Assembly (NCBI GenBank): GCA_014435945.1
Contig: GCA_014435945.1_4088.1
Reading direction: 5' to 3' (one strand)
Length of the DNA: 64,000 nucleotides
Source of the DNA: a phage
This document shows positions 51,450-61,324 of the stretch, piece by piece. The translations under genes were made by a program, and so were the position numbers. Under the pieces are notes generated by a model, which was not told the origin of the DNA, ran no database searches, and saw only the letters and a list, made by a program, of their open reading frames with translations. Position 1 is the stretch's first letter; each line of letters starts with the position of its first letter.

Positions 51450-52220
51450 ATGACCAGAGAAGCACGTAGCATTCAAATCCAGAAAAACTTCAACTCCATG
51501 ATGGTTGCTCTTGAGTGTTTGCTCGATGATAGCAGTACTGTAAAAAGTATGGTTGTCAGTGGTGCACCTGGTGTTGGTAAGACTTACACCCTGTCACAAC
51601 GCCTCCAGAAAGCTCATGACGCAGCAGAATGGAACGTAGCTACTATCAGTGGTAAGATGACTACTCTTGCTCTGTATGAAGTTCTGTACAAGAATCGTCA
51701 CAGCACTAACGTATTAGTACTGGATGATATGGACAGCATCTTTGATTCAGAAGACGGTATGAACCTGCTCAAAGCAGTACTGGACAGCGGTAAACGTACT
51801 GTGTCTTACATGACTAGCTCTAAGTACTTAACTACCAACGGTATCCCTAACAGCTTTGATTTTAACGGTCGTATCGTATTCATTACTAACAAAGATTTAG
51901 CACTGAATGCTAAAGCTAAAACCAAAATGTCTGCTCACTATGCTGCTCTTATGTCTCGCTCTGTGTATGTTGACTTACAGATCCAGACTAAAAGCGATAT
52001 CATGATTCACATTGAAAACGTAATGAACAAGACCAACATCCTGTCAACTAAAGGTGTTAATAGTAATGGTAGCAAAGCAATCCTGAATTGGATGCTGAAA
52101 CATGAAGATGCACTTCGTGCCCCTTCACTGCGTATGCCTCTGTTGATTTCAGCAGTATACAACAACAACCCGTATGATTGGGAAGAGCAGTGCGAAAATT
52201 TGTTCCTTGAGAAAATTTAA
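51450..52220 (+). CDS. P-loop NTPase (AAA-like ATPase)
   Basis: Walker A GAPGVGKT; Walker B-like VLVLDDMD. Confidence 0.7.
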   Translation: MTREARSIQIQKNFNSMMVALECLLDDSSTVKSMVVSGAPGVGKTYTLSQRLQKAHDAAEWNVATISGKMTTLALYEVLYKNRHSTNVLVLDDMDSIFDSEDGMNLLKAVLDSGKRTVSYMTSSKYLTTNGIPNSFDFNGRIVFITNKDLALNAKAKTKMSAHYAALMSRSVYVDLQIQTKSDIMIHIENVMNKTNILSTKGVNSNGSKAILNWMLKHEDALRAPSLRMPLLISAVYNNNPYDWEEQCENLFLEKI

Positions 52221-52228
52221 TTACATGT

Positions 52229-52258
52229 ATTGACAGTACTACCATAGTGTAGTACTAT
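52229..52258 (+). promoter_or_regulatory. candidate promoter with AGTACT-rich spacer
   Basis: TTGACA then about 17 bp then TACTAT. Confidence 0.4.
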
Positions 52259-52287
52259 AACTTAATATTCACCACCGGAGATACGAT

Positions 52288-52626
52288 ATGCTTGAGTTTT
52301 TTAATTCAGATACAATGCTTAGTATTACTTTGATTTATCTGTTTGGTTTTTTCTTTTATCATGCACTAGTTGTAGTACTATGGTATTTTAAAAAGAAAAT
52401 CGTTTTCAAACTGTATCCTGATGGAAACATTTCACTACTTCTTTTCACTATTATCCAAGGTATGTTTGCAATTGTTGGTCTTATCGCACACTTAATTTAT
52501 TGTGCTAATCCACAGTTGAACTCAATATCACAATATATTGTATTCCTTGGATTACTAATTTGGGTGCTGATATACTTGTTTAATCTCATCATCAATGGTA
52601 GAGCAAAAATTCGTGGGGACTTCTAA
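52288..52626 (+). CDS. small membrane protein, array B member 1
   Basis: 112 aa; about 3 TM helices; basic C-terminal tail. Confidence 0.55.
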   Translation: MLEFFNSDTMLSITLIYLFGFFFYHALVVVLWYFKKKIVFKLYPDGNISLLLFTIIQGMFAIVGLIAHLIYCANPQLNSISQYIVFLGLLIWVLIYLFNLIINGRAKIRGDF

Positions 52627-52973
52627 TGTTTGAATCTTATCTTGAGTTTTTAAAGAGTAGTTCTGTTGCACATTCAATTGCAGGGATTATTCTAACAGGT
52701 TATGTAACATTTTGGGTAGTTATGTTTCTAGGATGGTATTTTAAACGACAATTCTATAAGCGTAATGGTGAAGATTTTATGAATTCTTTCATTAATCAAT
52801 CGTTGTTTGCATCAACATTGATAGCATCTATTGTAGCAACACTCACTGGAAAGGTACTGCCAGCATTCTCCGCAGTTTACGGTACATTGGGTATGATATG
52901 TGTAGTTTTTTACTTGATCATTAAACTTTGTTGTGTTATGATTGACCTTCGAAACAAGATACCGGAGGAATGA
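52626..52973 (+). CDS. small membrane protein, array B member 2
   Basis: TAATG overlap; tail ends DLRNKIPEE, like array A. Confidence 0.55.
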   Translation: MFESYLEFLKSSSVAHSIAGIILTGYVTFWVVMFLGWYFKRQFYKRNGEDFMNSFINQSLFASTLIASIVATLTGKVLPAFSAVYGTLGMICVVFYLIIKLCCVMIDLRNKIPEE

Positions 52974-53308
52974 TGGAATATTTTTTACACTTACTGCCGT
53001 GGTATATGAAAGTTAGTACTATGTACTATATTCTTAGTGCTGGATTCTACTTTCTGATGTGGTTCTTCAAACGACCAATTTCAGTATTCATCTCTGATAA
53101 CATGCTGCAATTAAAATTACACGCATGGTTTGGTATGGCGATGATTATGCCAATTATTCACTACTCAATGATTAGTAGAGGGTTCCGTTCCAATGGTGAA
53201 CCAATTGTATTAGTATTCTATTGGGGTTCAACTATTGCATATGTAAGTTTGTTGTTGTTCCCAGTCGTTCATAAATTACGTGCTAAAGTTCCTGATGCGA
53301 GGTACTAA
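52970..53308 (+). CDS. small membrane protein, array B member 3
   Basis: ATGA overlap; same architecture. Confidence 0.55.
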   Translation: MMEYFLHLLPWYMKVSTMYYILSAGFYFLMWFFKRPISVFISDNMLQLKLHAWFGMAMIMPIIHYSMISRGFRSNGEPIVLVFYWGSTIAYVSLLLFPVVHKLRAKVPDARY

Positions 53309-53622
53309 TGGATATCGTAACATTGATTTACACGCTTTATTCATTCTATTTTATTATGTGTTGGGTTGGATTTTTATTTGTATTGAAGATGTTTGATTAT
53401 GTTGAAAAACAGATAAAAGAATTTTGTATTCCTTTTATTGGGTCAACCATAATTAGTATTACTTGTTTGTATTATTTGGTATGTGATCCACCTGTTAATA
53501 CAGCAATGATTGACTTCATGTTATTACCAACAACTGTTATTTTTTTATGTAGTCTGATGCCACCGATTAGTCGTGGGCTAACCGAATTTAGACGCAATCA
53601 AAAGCGTAAACGAGGGATGTGA
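53308..53622 (+). CDS. small membrane protein, array B member 4
   Basis: TAATG overlap; same architecture. Confidence 0.55.
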   Translation: MDIVTLIYTLYSFYFIMCWVGFLFVLKMFDYVEKQIKEFCIPFIGSTIISITCLYYLVCDPPVNTAMIDFMLLPTTVIFLCSLMPPISRGLTEFRRNQKRKRGM

Positions 53623-53990
53623 TGGAAATTACACTTATTATATTAACTGCTATGTTGTTTATTAGTACAATTGTTATTATTGGCAAGTTCTTCTGTGTAT
53701 CCTTCTTGGAAACCGTATACGATGAAATTGCTGATGATTATGAATTACATGCGGGATTTTTTACTACGTATTGGATTAGTTTATTACTACTTATCACTGT
53801 ATGGATTTTACATATATTCAAATGGGGTATGGTAGATGGTGATCCAGTACTGGCAATTATCTGTGTAGTGTTTGGTCTACTCGGTGGTGCTGTCCATAAT
53901 CTGATGGTAATTTGGCAAACCGTACAATATGTATTAGTTCCACATTTTCAGAGAATGCACCAAAGCATCAAATACCGCAAACGAGGATAA
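53619..53990 (+). CDS. small membrane protein, array B member 5
   Basis: ATGA overlap; same architecture. Confidence 0.55.
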   Translation: MMEITLIILTAMLFISTIVIIGKFFCVSFLETVYDEIADDYELHAGFFTTYWISLLLLITVWILHIFKWGMVDGDPVLAIICVVFGLLGGAVHNLMVIWQTVQYVLVPHFQRMHQSIKYRKRG

Positions 53991-53991
53991 C

Positions 53992-54354
53992 ATGAATAAT
54001 ATTGAATTATCTTTTATTGGTCAATTAATGGTAATGGCGTATACATTTATCTTCTCACTGAATGCATTCGTGTGCATTGGGAAGTACTTCCATAAGCGAC
54101 CATTATCAAATATATATGATGTAATACAAAGGAGATATAGCCCAGCATATACTGTGTTGAGTACAGCATTCAATTTTGGTTTTATTCTAATGCTGGTTGC
54201 ATTATTAACATCGAGTTTAAATTTTATAACATTTGGTATTATGGTATGTTCACTAACACTGAGTGTGGTTATTCTCTGTGCATCCGTTGAGTTGATGGCG
54301 TGGATGTATTATAAGATTTCCGAAATCCATGACCGTTTAGGTAAGAGGAACTAA
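53992..54354 (+). CDS. small membrane protein, array B member 6
   Basis: Same architecture. Confidence 0.55.
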   Translation: MNNIELSFIGQLMVMAYTFIFSLNAFVCIGKYFHKRPLSNIYDVIQRRYSPAYTVLSTAFNFGFILMLVALLTSSLNFITFGIMVCSLTLSVVILCASVELMAWMYYKISEIHDRLGKRN

Positions 54355-54355
54355 A

Positions 54356-54727
54356 ATGAGTTATCGTGAAATATTTTCGATCATTACTATTATTGTTTTT
54401 AGTTTAGGTTCTTTGGTGTGGTTATTGTATTACTTCTGTGTAACCCCAGTATATAATATGCTAAATTCAGTACGCTCTGATGTTGGTATTGTTTCTTTTA
54501 TTATCTTCATGGCATATTATATGCTAAGTATCACAGGTTTGGTTTTGGTTGTTATCTTTGACCTTGGACCGAATCAAGATGGTATGGAGGTGTGGGAATT
54601 GATAACGATGTTTGCATGTATGATACCTGCATTTGGTGTATGTGCTGGTGTATTTTATGGGTTATGTAAAGGTGTGAACTACTTAAAAAATATCCACAAT
54701 ACTATTCGTAAAAAACGTATGTTATAA
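54356..54727 (+). CDS. small membrane protein, array B member 7
   Basis: Same architecture; tail IRKKRML. Confidence 0.55.
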   Translation: MSYREIFSIITIIVFSLGSLVWLLYYFCVTPVYNMLNSVRSDVGIVSFIIFMAYYMLSITGLVLVVIFDLGPNQDGMEVWELITMFACMIPAFGVCAGVFYGLCKGVNYLKNIHNTIRKKRML

Positions 54728-54728
54728 T

Positions 54729-54764
54729 AAAAATCCAGTACTATTATAGTACTGGATTAATTTT
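54729..54764. terminator. bidirectional terminator at strand switch
   Basis: Perfect 10-bp stem ATCCAGTACT/AGTACTGGAT with A-run and T-run flanks, between convergent genes. Confidence 0.7.
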
Positions 54765-55887
54765 AATTATCTAAGCCACCAATTACACTGAACTGTGTGG
54801 TAACGTCTGAACTATTATCTATGTAAGTTCTTCTACCAACATAATATAGTTGTCCTTTTGCTTGTATAAAAGTTACTGTCCCTGTATTGAATGTTATAAT
54901 ATCATTGTATGTAATGTCAGGTGGTAGTGCTGCTGATAACGCAGTAACTTTACTTAATGCAGCACTAGTACTACCATTTATACCAGCAGCAATACTACCA
55001 GTACCATAGAACTTATTATCTTTACCAATGAATACGTTGGCTGATGCTTGTGTAGCTGATGTTATTGCCTTACCAATTTGGAATGCGGTTCCTATGGTGT
55101 ATGGTGTGCTCCTGGCTGCGTCTATGCTTTGTGTATATCCATCCCCTAGCTGACCATTAACTTTGTCACCACATGAGTATAGAGTACCATTGAGGCTGTA
55201 TATGATCCCACGGTTAGAGAAGCTAACAGCTTCTGCATTAGTCCATACTGGTGCGGTGTATGAGTTTACACGACTAGCGGTAGTTCCTAGACCTAGTATA
55301 CCATATGTGTTATCACCACATCCAAACCATTGCCCAGAACTGTTTTGATAGAACACTGAACGTTCTGTTGATTCCATGCGTACAGCATCCACAGCACCAC
55401 TTTTAACGAACGAAGTGGATGAGGATGTAGTACCAGTACCCAATGCACCATAAGTGTTTGTACCAATCGCATAGATTGATCCTAGTGGTGTCATAACACG
55501 TATGCAGTTATATCCCAATTGAACTTTACATTCAAATAGGTTGTCCCATATTTCAGGAACAGCAGAAAATAAATTTGTAATTTCGAACCATGATGTTGTC
55601 GAACCAGTTAATCCTATACTGCTTTTGTTTCCTAAAATGAAAACAGTTTTGTCCTTCTTAATTATCCATGATGATAGGAAACCTATCTCACAGCTATGAA
55701 CATTTGATTCTATTTGGGTAATATAATACTTAACTGTGTTATCACCCATGAATGCCGCAGCACCGGATGCAAAAAGGTTTCCAGTTTGTTTATTTAAAAT
55801 GTAGTTATTGTTTCCATATACTCTAACATCATAAGAACTTTCTTGTTTTTCGTTCCCATAATCAAATAACAATACGAAAGGTAACAT
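54763..55887 (-). CDS. RCC1-like repeat (beta-propeller) protein, MLPF family paralog A
   Basis: N-terminus MLPFVLLFDYGN; Gly-rich repeats YGALGTGTT, YGILGLGTT, NGQLGDGYT. Confidence 0.65.
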   Translation of the reverse strand: MLPFVLLFDYGNEKQESSYDVRVYGNNNYILNKQTGNLFASGAAAFMGDNTVKYYITQIESNVHSCEIGFLSSWIIKKDKTVFILGNKSSIGLTGSTTSWFEITNLFSAVPEIWDNLFECKVQLGYNCIRVMTPLGSIYAIGTNTYGALGTGTTSSSTSFVKSGAVDAVRMESTERSVFYQNSSGQWFGCGDNTYGILGLGTTASRVNSYTAPVWTNAEAVSFSNRGIIYSLNGTLYSCGDKVNGQLGDGYTQSIDAARSTPYTIGTAFQIGKAITSATQASANVFIGKDNKFYGTGSIAAGINGSTSAALSKVTALSAALPPDITYNDIITFNTGTVTFIQAKGQLYYVGRRTYIDNSSDVTTQFSVIGGLDN

Positions 55888-55964
55888 GATAAAATCTCCT
55901 TGTGTTATACTTTATTTAATCATTTTATAATGTACAATTTTACAGCGATTTAATTGAGGTACTC

Positions 55965-56615
55965 ATGAATAAAAGAAGTAAGTTCTATCAAGAATATTTC
56001 ACTAAACAGAAACGATTCACAAAAAAATACTTTACATCATCCCACCGACCAGTTGCAAGTTACAAACGTCCTAATACTAACTATCTTACTGGTGGCAAGT
56101 TTAGTGCAAAGTTCGAATTACTTATGCGTGAAAAGAATATCAAGATGCATTACGCAGAGACGAGAAAAAACTCATCAATTATTTGCTCTGATTTTCTTGA
56201 GTACGGTTGCTTAACTTATAAATTCAACGATGTATATTTGTATATTGATGTTGATTGTAACAGTACTCGTATGTTTGAGATTTCAATTCACCCAAATCAC
56301 AACCGTTATATAAACATTAACTTGGTTGATAAAGTACTGATTGGTATATCTAGTACTGATGGTGGTGGATTTGAATTTATTGCTTCAAAATATGATGAAG
56401 ATTTCGTACTTTACCCAGTACTTGATGATGTGAAAGATATTCTCAATTCATTAAAAGGAAGTCAATACAAATTATCTGAAGAACAGCTATTCCAGTACTC
56501 ACTTATTCATGATGATATCGAGATATACTTAGAGTGTGCGAGAATCTTGGAGTATCTTTATAATGAACTAACAACAACTGGTAAAGTGACTGCATTCACA
56601 TTATATAATATGTAA
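55965..56615 (+). CDS. hypothetical protein, FQxS-module family, embedded in minus-strand array
   Basis: 216 aa; C-terminal EEQLFQYSLIHDDIEIYLE. Confidence 0.55.
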   Translation: MNKRSKFYQEYFTKQKRFTKKYFTSSHRPVASYKRPNTNYLTGGKFSAKFELLMREKNIKMHYAETRKNSSIICSDFLEYGCLTYKFNDVYLYIDVDCNSTRMFEISIHPNHNRYININLVDKVLIGISSTDGGGFEFIASKYDEDFVLYPVLDDVKDILNSLKGSQYKLSEEQLFQYSLIHDDIEIYLECARILEYLYNELTTTGKVTAFTLYNM

Positions 56616-56646
56616 AAGAAAAGCCAGTACATAGTACTGGCATTAT
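56614..56646. terminator. bidirectional terminator hairpin
   Basis: GCCAGTAC-ATA-GTACTGGC flanked by A-run and T-rich tract. Confidence 0.65.
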
Positions 56647-56647
56647 A

Positions 56648-57784
56648 TTAAACTGGTGGAGAATTATATGGCTCAAATTTATAAGTTGTCGTAGCAGTAC
56701 CAGCAATGGCGTTGTTAGCTAGTATGTACATAGTCCTGTAGTCGATTACCACCACAGTAATACTACCACCAAAAGCATAGTCTGTTATGTTATTAGTGTT
56801 GAATGGTAAATTAGATGAACTGGTCCATGTATTAGCTGTTGTGCTATTTGTACCATTGGAATAGCCGACACTAGATGCACCAGTTGTCCATAAGTTTCCA
56901 TCATTGAACAACGATACATGGTTAGCTGTATATGATTTATTAGGTATAGAACTATCAATTGGTGTATTCCAAACTTTAGTAACCCATGTTGTAACTGCTG
57001 TATTATTAGTAACGCCATTACCTAATGAACCATTTATTGGTATACCTCTTATATAAGAAGTGTTAGTACTAGGGTCAACATATCCAAATGTATATGTATC
57101 AAATGCAAATTGAAAACAATCAGAACTCGGTAATGTGTACAGTAATGTATATGAAGACGTGTTTATTGATGAATTTGTACCGTTCACGCCTTGGTATAAA
57201 ATACCACTAGCCAATATTTGATTATTATTTTTTGTTATAGTGTTCATTGACGGATATGTTTTCACATCACGCACATCATTAGTCACATATGTTTGTGTTG
57301 ATAATGCAACATTACTACCATTACCTATAACTCCTGTATTTGCACCACTCCCATAAAGTGAACCATCATTCAAAAGAACCATTGTGACATTACCATTTCC
57401 CGTAATTGTTTTAATATTACTAACATCCACCGCAGCAAATACAGTTGATGTTAAATCAGTGAAACGTGTATAATGTGATGTTGTGCCATTGATTGGTGTC
57501 GCAAAACCAGAATACAAAATTCTATTTTCTTTGGTAATAAGGAATGTGCCAGTAACACCATTTGAATGGATATCAACAATATTATCGCCCATTAATACCC
57601 AATCACTTACGAATGTTGTTGTGCCAGTACCTAACCCATATGTAGTGTTGTAACCACGTCCATATACTCTACCATCACTGAGTAATGTTACCACACATTG
57701 ACCACCACCACCAAGTATAACTTTTTGTATAGTACTCTTTACTTTTATATTCCCGTACTTAACCATTCTTGCAAAAGGTAACAT
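56648..57784 (-). CDS. RCC1-like repeat protein, MLPF family paralog B
   Basis: MLPFARMVKYGNIKV; YGLGTGTT-type repeats. Confidence 0.65.
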   Translation of the reverse strand: MLPFARMVKYGNIKVKSTIQKVILGGGGQCVVTLLSDGRVYGRGYNTTYGLGTGTTTFVSDWVLMGDNIVDIHSNGVTGTFLITKENRILYSGFATPINGTTSHYTRFTDLTSTVFAAVDVSNIKTITGNGNVTMVLLNDGSLYGSGANTGVIGNGSNVALSTQTYVTNDVRDVKTYPSMNTITKNNNQILASGILYQGVNGTNSSINTSSYTLLYTLPSSDCFQFAFDTYTFGYVDPSTNTSYIRGIPINGSLGNGVTNNTAVTTWVTKVWNTPIDSSIPNKSYTANHVSLFNDGNLWTTGASSVGYSNGTNSTTANTWTSSSNLPFNTNNITDYAFGGSITVVVIDYRTMYILANNAIAGTATTTYKFEPYNSPPV

Positions 57785-57821
57785 AATTCCCTCCTTTATT
57801 CATTATACTATATTTAATCAA

Positions 57822-57856
57822 AAAAGAAAAGCCAGTACTCAAGTACTGGCATTATT
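57822..57856 (-). terminator. intrinsic terminator (minus strand)
   Basis: GCCAGTACT..AGTACTGGC hairpin, U-run on minus strand. Confidence 0.65.
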
Positions 57857-59017
57857 TTAAATTGGTGAATCTTCAACAAATATAGTACTAGCAGTACCAC
57901 CAGATACTAGGTTAGTACCACTTGAATATATTTTGTTTCCATCTGTCATATATGTTTTACCATAGCAACTTTGGATTTTAACATCATTGAAATTTAAATC
58001 AGGAGTAATAGACTTAGTGTAAGTTAATACGTTAGTAGTTGAACCTGTACTTAATTGTCCATAGTATGAAGTCGCTGAGTTATTACCAGCAACGTATACA
58101 CCTGTGTCAGTAATAACAAAGTTAGAGTAATATCCGTACCCATATCCTATATCTAATATATTTCCTTGTGGTTGATTTGCCACAACAGTTGTCAATATGT
58201 TGGTTGATGCTGCTGTATTAGTAGCAGTCTGTCCATATGATTGGTCACCACCAGTATACACAGTAACAACAGACGTACTTTTGTTTCTAGCAATACCTTG
58301 AACCATACCATTAACAGTACTTATAAATGCTATAGTACTAACAGTTGCTGGTAATCCATCTGATAATGCGAATACATTATAAAAACTCACGGTTGAAGTA
58401 CTGTTAGTATCACCTTTAACTTCACCTGTGTAATATAATCTACCACTTTCGGCAATAAATGAACACATGTTTATACCTGCAATAATCCTTTTCGGAACCG
58501 CACCACTTGGTATAATTGATTTTACTAATGTAGTAAAACTGTTAGAATAAGAAGCATTGCCAAGCTGTCCTCCTGTGTTATAACCACCACTCCAAATAGT
58601 TCCATTACTCATAAGTATTGAAATGAAGTTATTTCCTAATGATATTTCAGTAATTGTTCCTTGAGAATTAACTTGATTAATAAGAGTTTGCATAGAAGTC
58701 CATGCATTAACAGATGATGTACCCATACACACATTGTATTGTCGCCCTGTGTATTGATATGTACCATCTGATTTGTGAATCATTGTAGCATACTGACCAC
58801 ACCATACATCAATGACATCCGATGCAGTTACTGTCCATGATGTTCTGGTTGTATTGTCTCCTAAACCCAACTGACCACTTGAATTGGCACCACGGGTATA
58901 TAATTTACCATTATTACCCAATACCATAACCCAGTTATACCCTGCAACTAATTTTTTAATGGCAGCAGGGGATGGTGCAATGTTTCCGTAATCAAACATT
59001 CTAACAAAAGGTAACAT
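57857..59017 (-). CDS. RCC1-like repeat protein, MLPF family paralog C
   Basis: MLPFVRMFDYGNIAP; SGQLGLGD and GGQLGNASY repeats. Confidence 0.7.
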   Translation of the reverse strand: MLPFVRMFDYGNIAPSPAAIKKLVAGYNWVMVLGNNGKLYTRGANSSGQLGLGDNTTRTSWTVTASDVIDVWCGQYATMIHKSDGTYQYTGRQYNVCMGTSSVNAWTSMQTLINQVNSQGTITEISLGNNFISILMSNGTIWSGGYNTGGQLGNASYSNSFTTLVKSIIPSGAVPKRIIAGINMCSFIAESGRLYYTGEVKGDTNSTSTVSFYNVFALSDGLPATVSTIAFISTVNGMVQGIARNKSTSVVTVYTGGDQSYGQTATNTAASTNILTTVVANQPQGNILDIGYGYGYYSNFVITDTGVYVAGNNSATSYYGQLSTGSTTNVLTYTKSITPDLNFNDVKIQSCYGKTYMTDGNKIYSSGTNLVSGGTASTIFVEDSPI

Positions 59018-59029
59018 AATTATTCTCTC

Positions 59030-60148
59030 CTATATTACTATTTTTTCTTCAGTATATATTAATGCTTTATCTGAGGTAGTGTATCCAGGTAAAGGATACA
59101 ATCTACCTGCAACATAACATATGTCATTTTCTATATAATATGATGAATATGTACTGTCAAAGAATATAGGCTCTATTGAAGTTGGTGCATTGATCATCTT
59201 AGTAAATGCTGGAACCGGTCCAGGTGCAAAACTTGCATTTGTACTGGTAAACCCATAATTATCGGAAACTGCTGACGCATAATAATCGGTTCCATTCTGG
59301 ATTATTATTCTTGCTGCAACCGAACTACTATTATGAACGATTTTAGGAAATGCAAATGTAGCTGCATTATATGTGAATGGTAACGAACAAGAAACTAAAG
59401 TTGCAGTTGCACCAGACACTGATGTTCCATATGTATTGTTGACGTTTCCTCTGGCAAATACACCACTAGCTGTATTAAGCACTACAACAGCAACTGTTGC
59501 TGAATAACCCAAAACCCCTGTTGCAATTTGGGTAAACCCAGTGGAACTAGGTATTTGACTAGCGTTTGGGTTTCCAGAACCATAAAGAACCCCAGAATTA
59601 GTTAATGCCCATACGTTTGCATACATTAATTTGAATGACTTGACATCACTGACTATTGTATTTTTAACAAAAGATGTACTACTACTTGGTGTGCTCATTC
59701 CAAATATATATTGCGTATTCGTACCAATGAACCACAATTCTCCTAAATTTGTTAGCACACCTATACAGTTACGTAACACATTAACTTGAACATCAATTAT
59801 TGTACCAGTTATTGCATTAAAAATCGAACTACAATTAACAAATATATTACTTGTTGGATAACCAAATGCAGTAGTTACACCGCTACACATATACTGACCG
59901 TCTTTGAGTTTTAAAAATGTCCACGTAGGTGAATTGTAAAAGTCATCAACATTTTCATATATCAAAGTCCACTTATCAGCAGATGTAGTAACATCACCAA
60001 ACTGACCATTTGTATTTGGTCCAGTAGCATATAATTTCCCACTTGTTGTTAGTAATAAAACTCCATTACTACCATCCGTGACCAATTTGCGTATTTTCGT
60101 AACTTCTCTTACATTCCCGAACTTAACCATTCTTGCAAAAGGTAACAT
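59030..60148 (-). CDS. MLPF family paralog D (beta-propeller-like)
   Basis: MLPFARMVKFGNV; NGQFGD repeat. Confidence 0.65.
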   Translation of the reverse strand: MLPFARMVKFGNVREVTKIRKLVTDGSNGVLLLTTSGKLYATGPNTNGQFGDVTTSADKWTLIYENVDDFYNSPTWTFLKLKDGQYMCSGVTTAFGYPTSNIFVNCSSIFNAITGTIIDVQVNVLRNCIGVLTNLGELWFIGTNTQYIFGMSTPSSSTSFVKNTIVSDVKSFKLMYANVWALTNSGVLYGSGNPNASQIPSSTGFTQIATGVLGYSATVAVVVLNTASGVFARGNVNNTYGTSVSGATATLVSCSLPFTYNAATFAFPKIVHNSSSVAARIIIQNGTDYYASAVSDNYGFTSTNASFAPGPVPAFTKMINAPTSIEPIFFDSTYSSYYIENDICYVAGRLYPLPGYTTSDKALIYTEEKIVI

Positions 60149-60157
60149 ATTTCCCTC

Positions 60158-61315
60158 CTAATTTATATTCAATTTGATTTCTGTGTAGTTCATCAGTTTT
60201 GGATTATTACCTGGAAAATAAGTTAAAGAATCATCATTAAAAGGCCCACTACCAAATACTTTCCCATCAGAGTTTATAAGAGTTGTATAATTACTTGCAC
60301 TAACAACTGTCTCAATATTACCATCCACTGAACTGAAATCCTGTAATGTAAAGTTTGAACCAGCACCTGGCACAGTTGGGTTGGTGAATCCCATTCTGTT
60401 AGTACTACTGCTATTTGCACCAACACCATAATGAACGACTGAATTGGAAATCCACACACTGACGGTCGCTGTCTGTTCATCTGTTAGAATCTTAAATGTA
60501 CTTACATCATAAGAAAACGGCAATGTAATCTTGCTATTAATTGCACGCTGTTCTGCACTGAATGAATAACCATATCTGTTCGACGATAAACCACGGAAAT
60601 ATAAACCATCACTTTTTGTGTATAACAATTCACCATTTAAACCATTACCGTAGATATTAAGTATAGCAGTATCACCAAGGTTCGTAAATGTAGTCACATC
60701 AGTATTACCACTAATAAACTGATAATTACCACAGAACCACGCTGTATTATCATTCTTAAGAGCCACTATAGTCTCATAAGAACAACTTACAAAATTCCTG
60801 CAATTGGTGTTTATCTTCGTAAATGTTCCTAAACTATTACTTTTGCCTAACCCCAATTGACCACGGTTTCCATATCCAATACCATATAAATCACCATCAG
60901 TGTTTAATGCATATACTGTGTACGAAGCATTATTCCTTCTGGTAAAATCAATCTTCTTGATAGTTCCTAATGCAGAGAACGTAGAACTAACATCAATATA
61001 ATTCAATCCTGAACTACCACCCAGTACTGTAGAGTCGCCAGCAGCAAGATAACGTCCATCAGACATTATTAATAATGTACATCTGGGATGACATATCATA
61101 TCCGATACACCCTGCATTACCATCTGCGGAACTCCCCCACTAATCTCACTAGAACTACCACTACCAAATCTCCAGTTGGTGTTTTGACCATATGCATACA
61201 CGTCACCTGTATTCGTCAATATCATCTGACTAGTACCGAAAGAGTTTATCTTCTTAATCCCAGCAGGTACTGGTGCAATATTCCCGTACTTAACCATTCT
61301 TGCAAAAGGTAACAT
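60158..61315 (-). CDS. RCC1-like repeat protein, MLPF family paralog E
   Basis: MLPFARMVKYGNIAP; RGQLGLGK repeat. Confidence 0.7.
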   Translation of the reverse strand: MLPFARMVKYGNIAPVPAGIKKINSFGTSQMILTNTGDVYAYGQNTNWRFGSGSSSEISGGVPQMVMQGVSDMICHPRCTLLIMSDGRYLAAGDSTVLGGSSGLNYIDVSSTFSALGTIKKIDFTRRNNASYTVYALNTDGDLYGIGYGNRGQLGLGKSNSLGTFTKINTNCRNFVSCSYETIVALKNDNTAWFCGNYQFISGNTDVTTFTNLGDTAILNIYGNGLNGELLYTKSDGLYFRGLSSNRYGYSFSAEQRAINSKITLPFSYDVSTFKILTDEQTATVSVWISNSVVHYGVGANSSSTNRMGFTNPTVPGAGSNFTLQDFSSVDGNIETVVSASNYTTLINSDGKVFGSGPFNDDSLTYFPGNNPKLMNYTEIKLNIN

Positions 61316-61324
61316 ATTTCCCTC

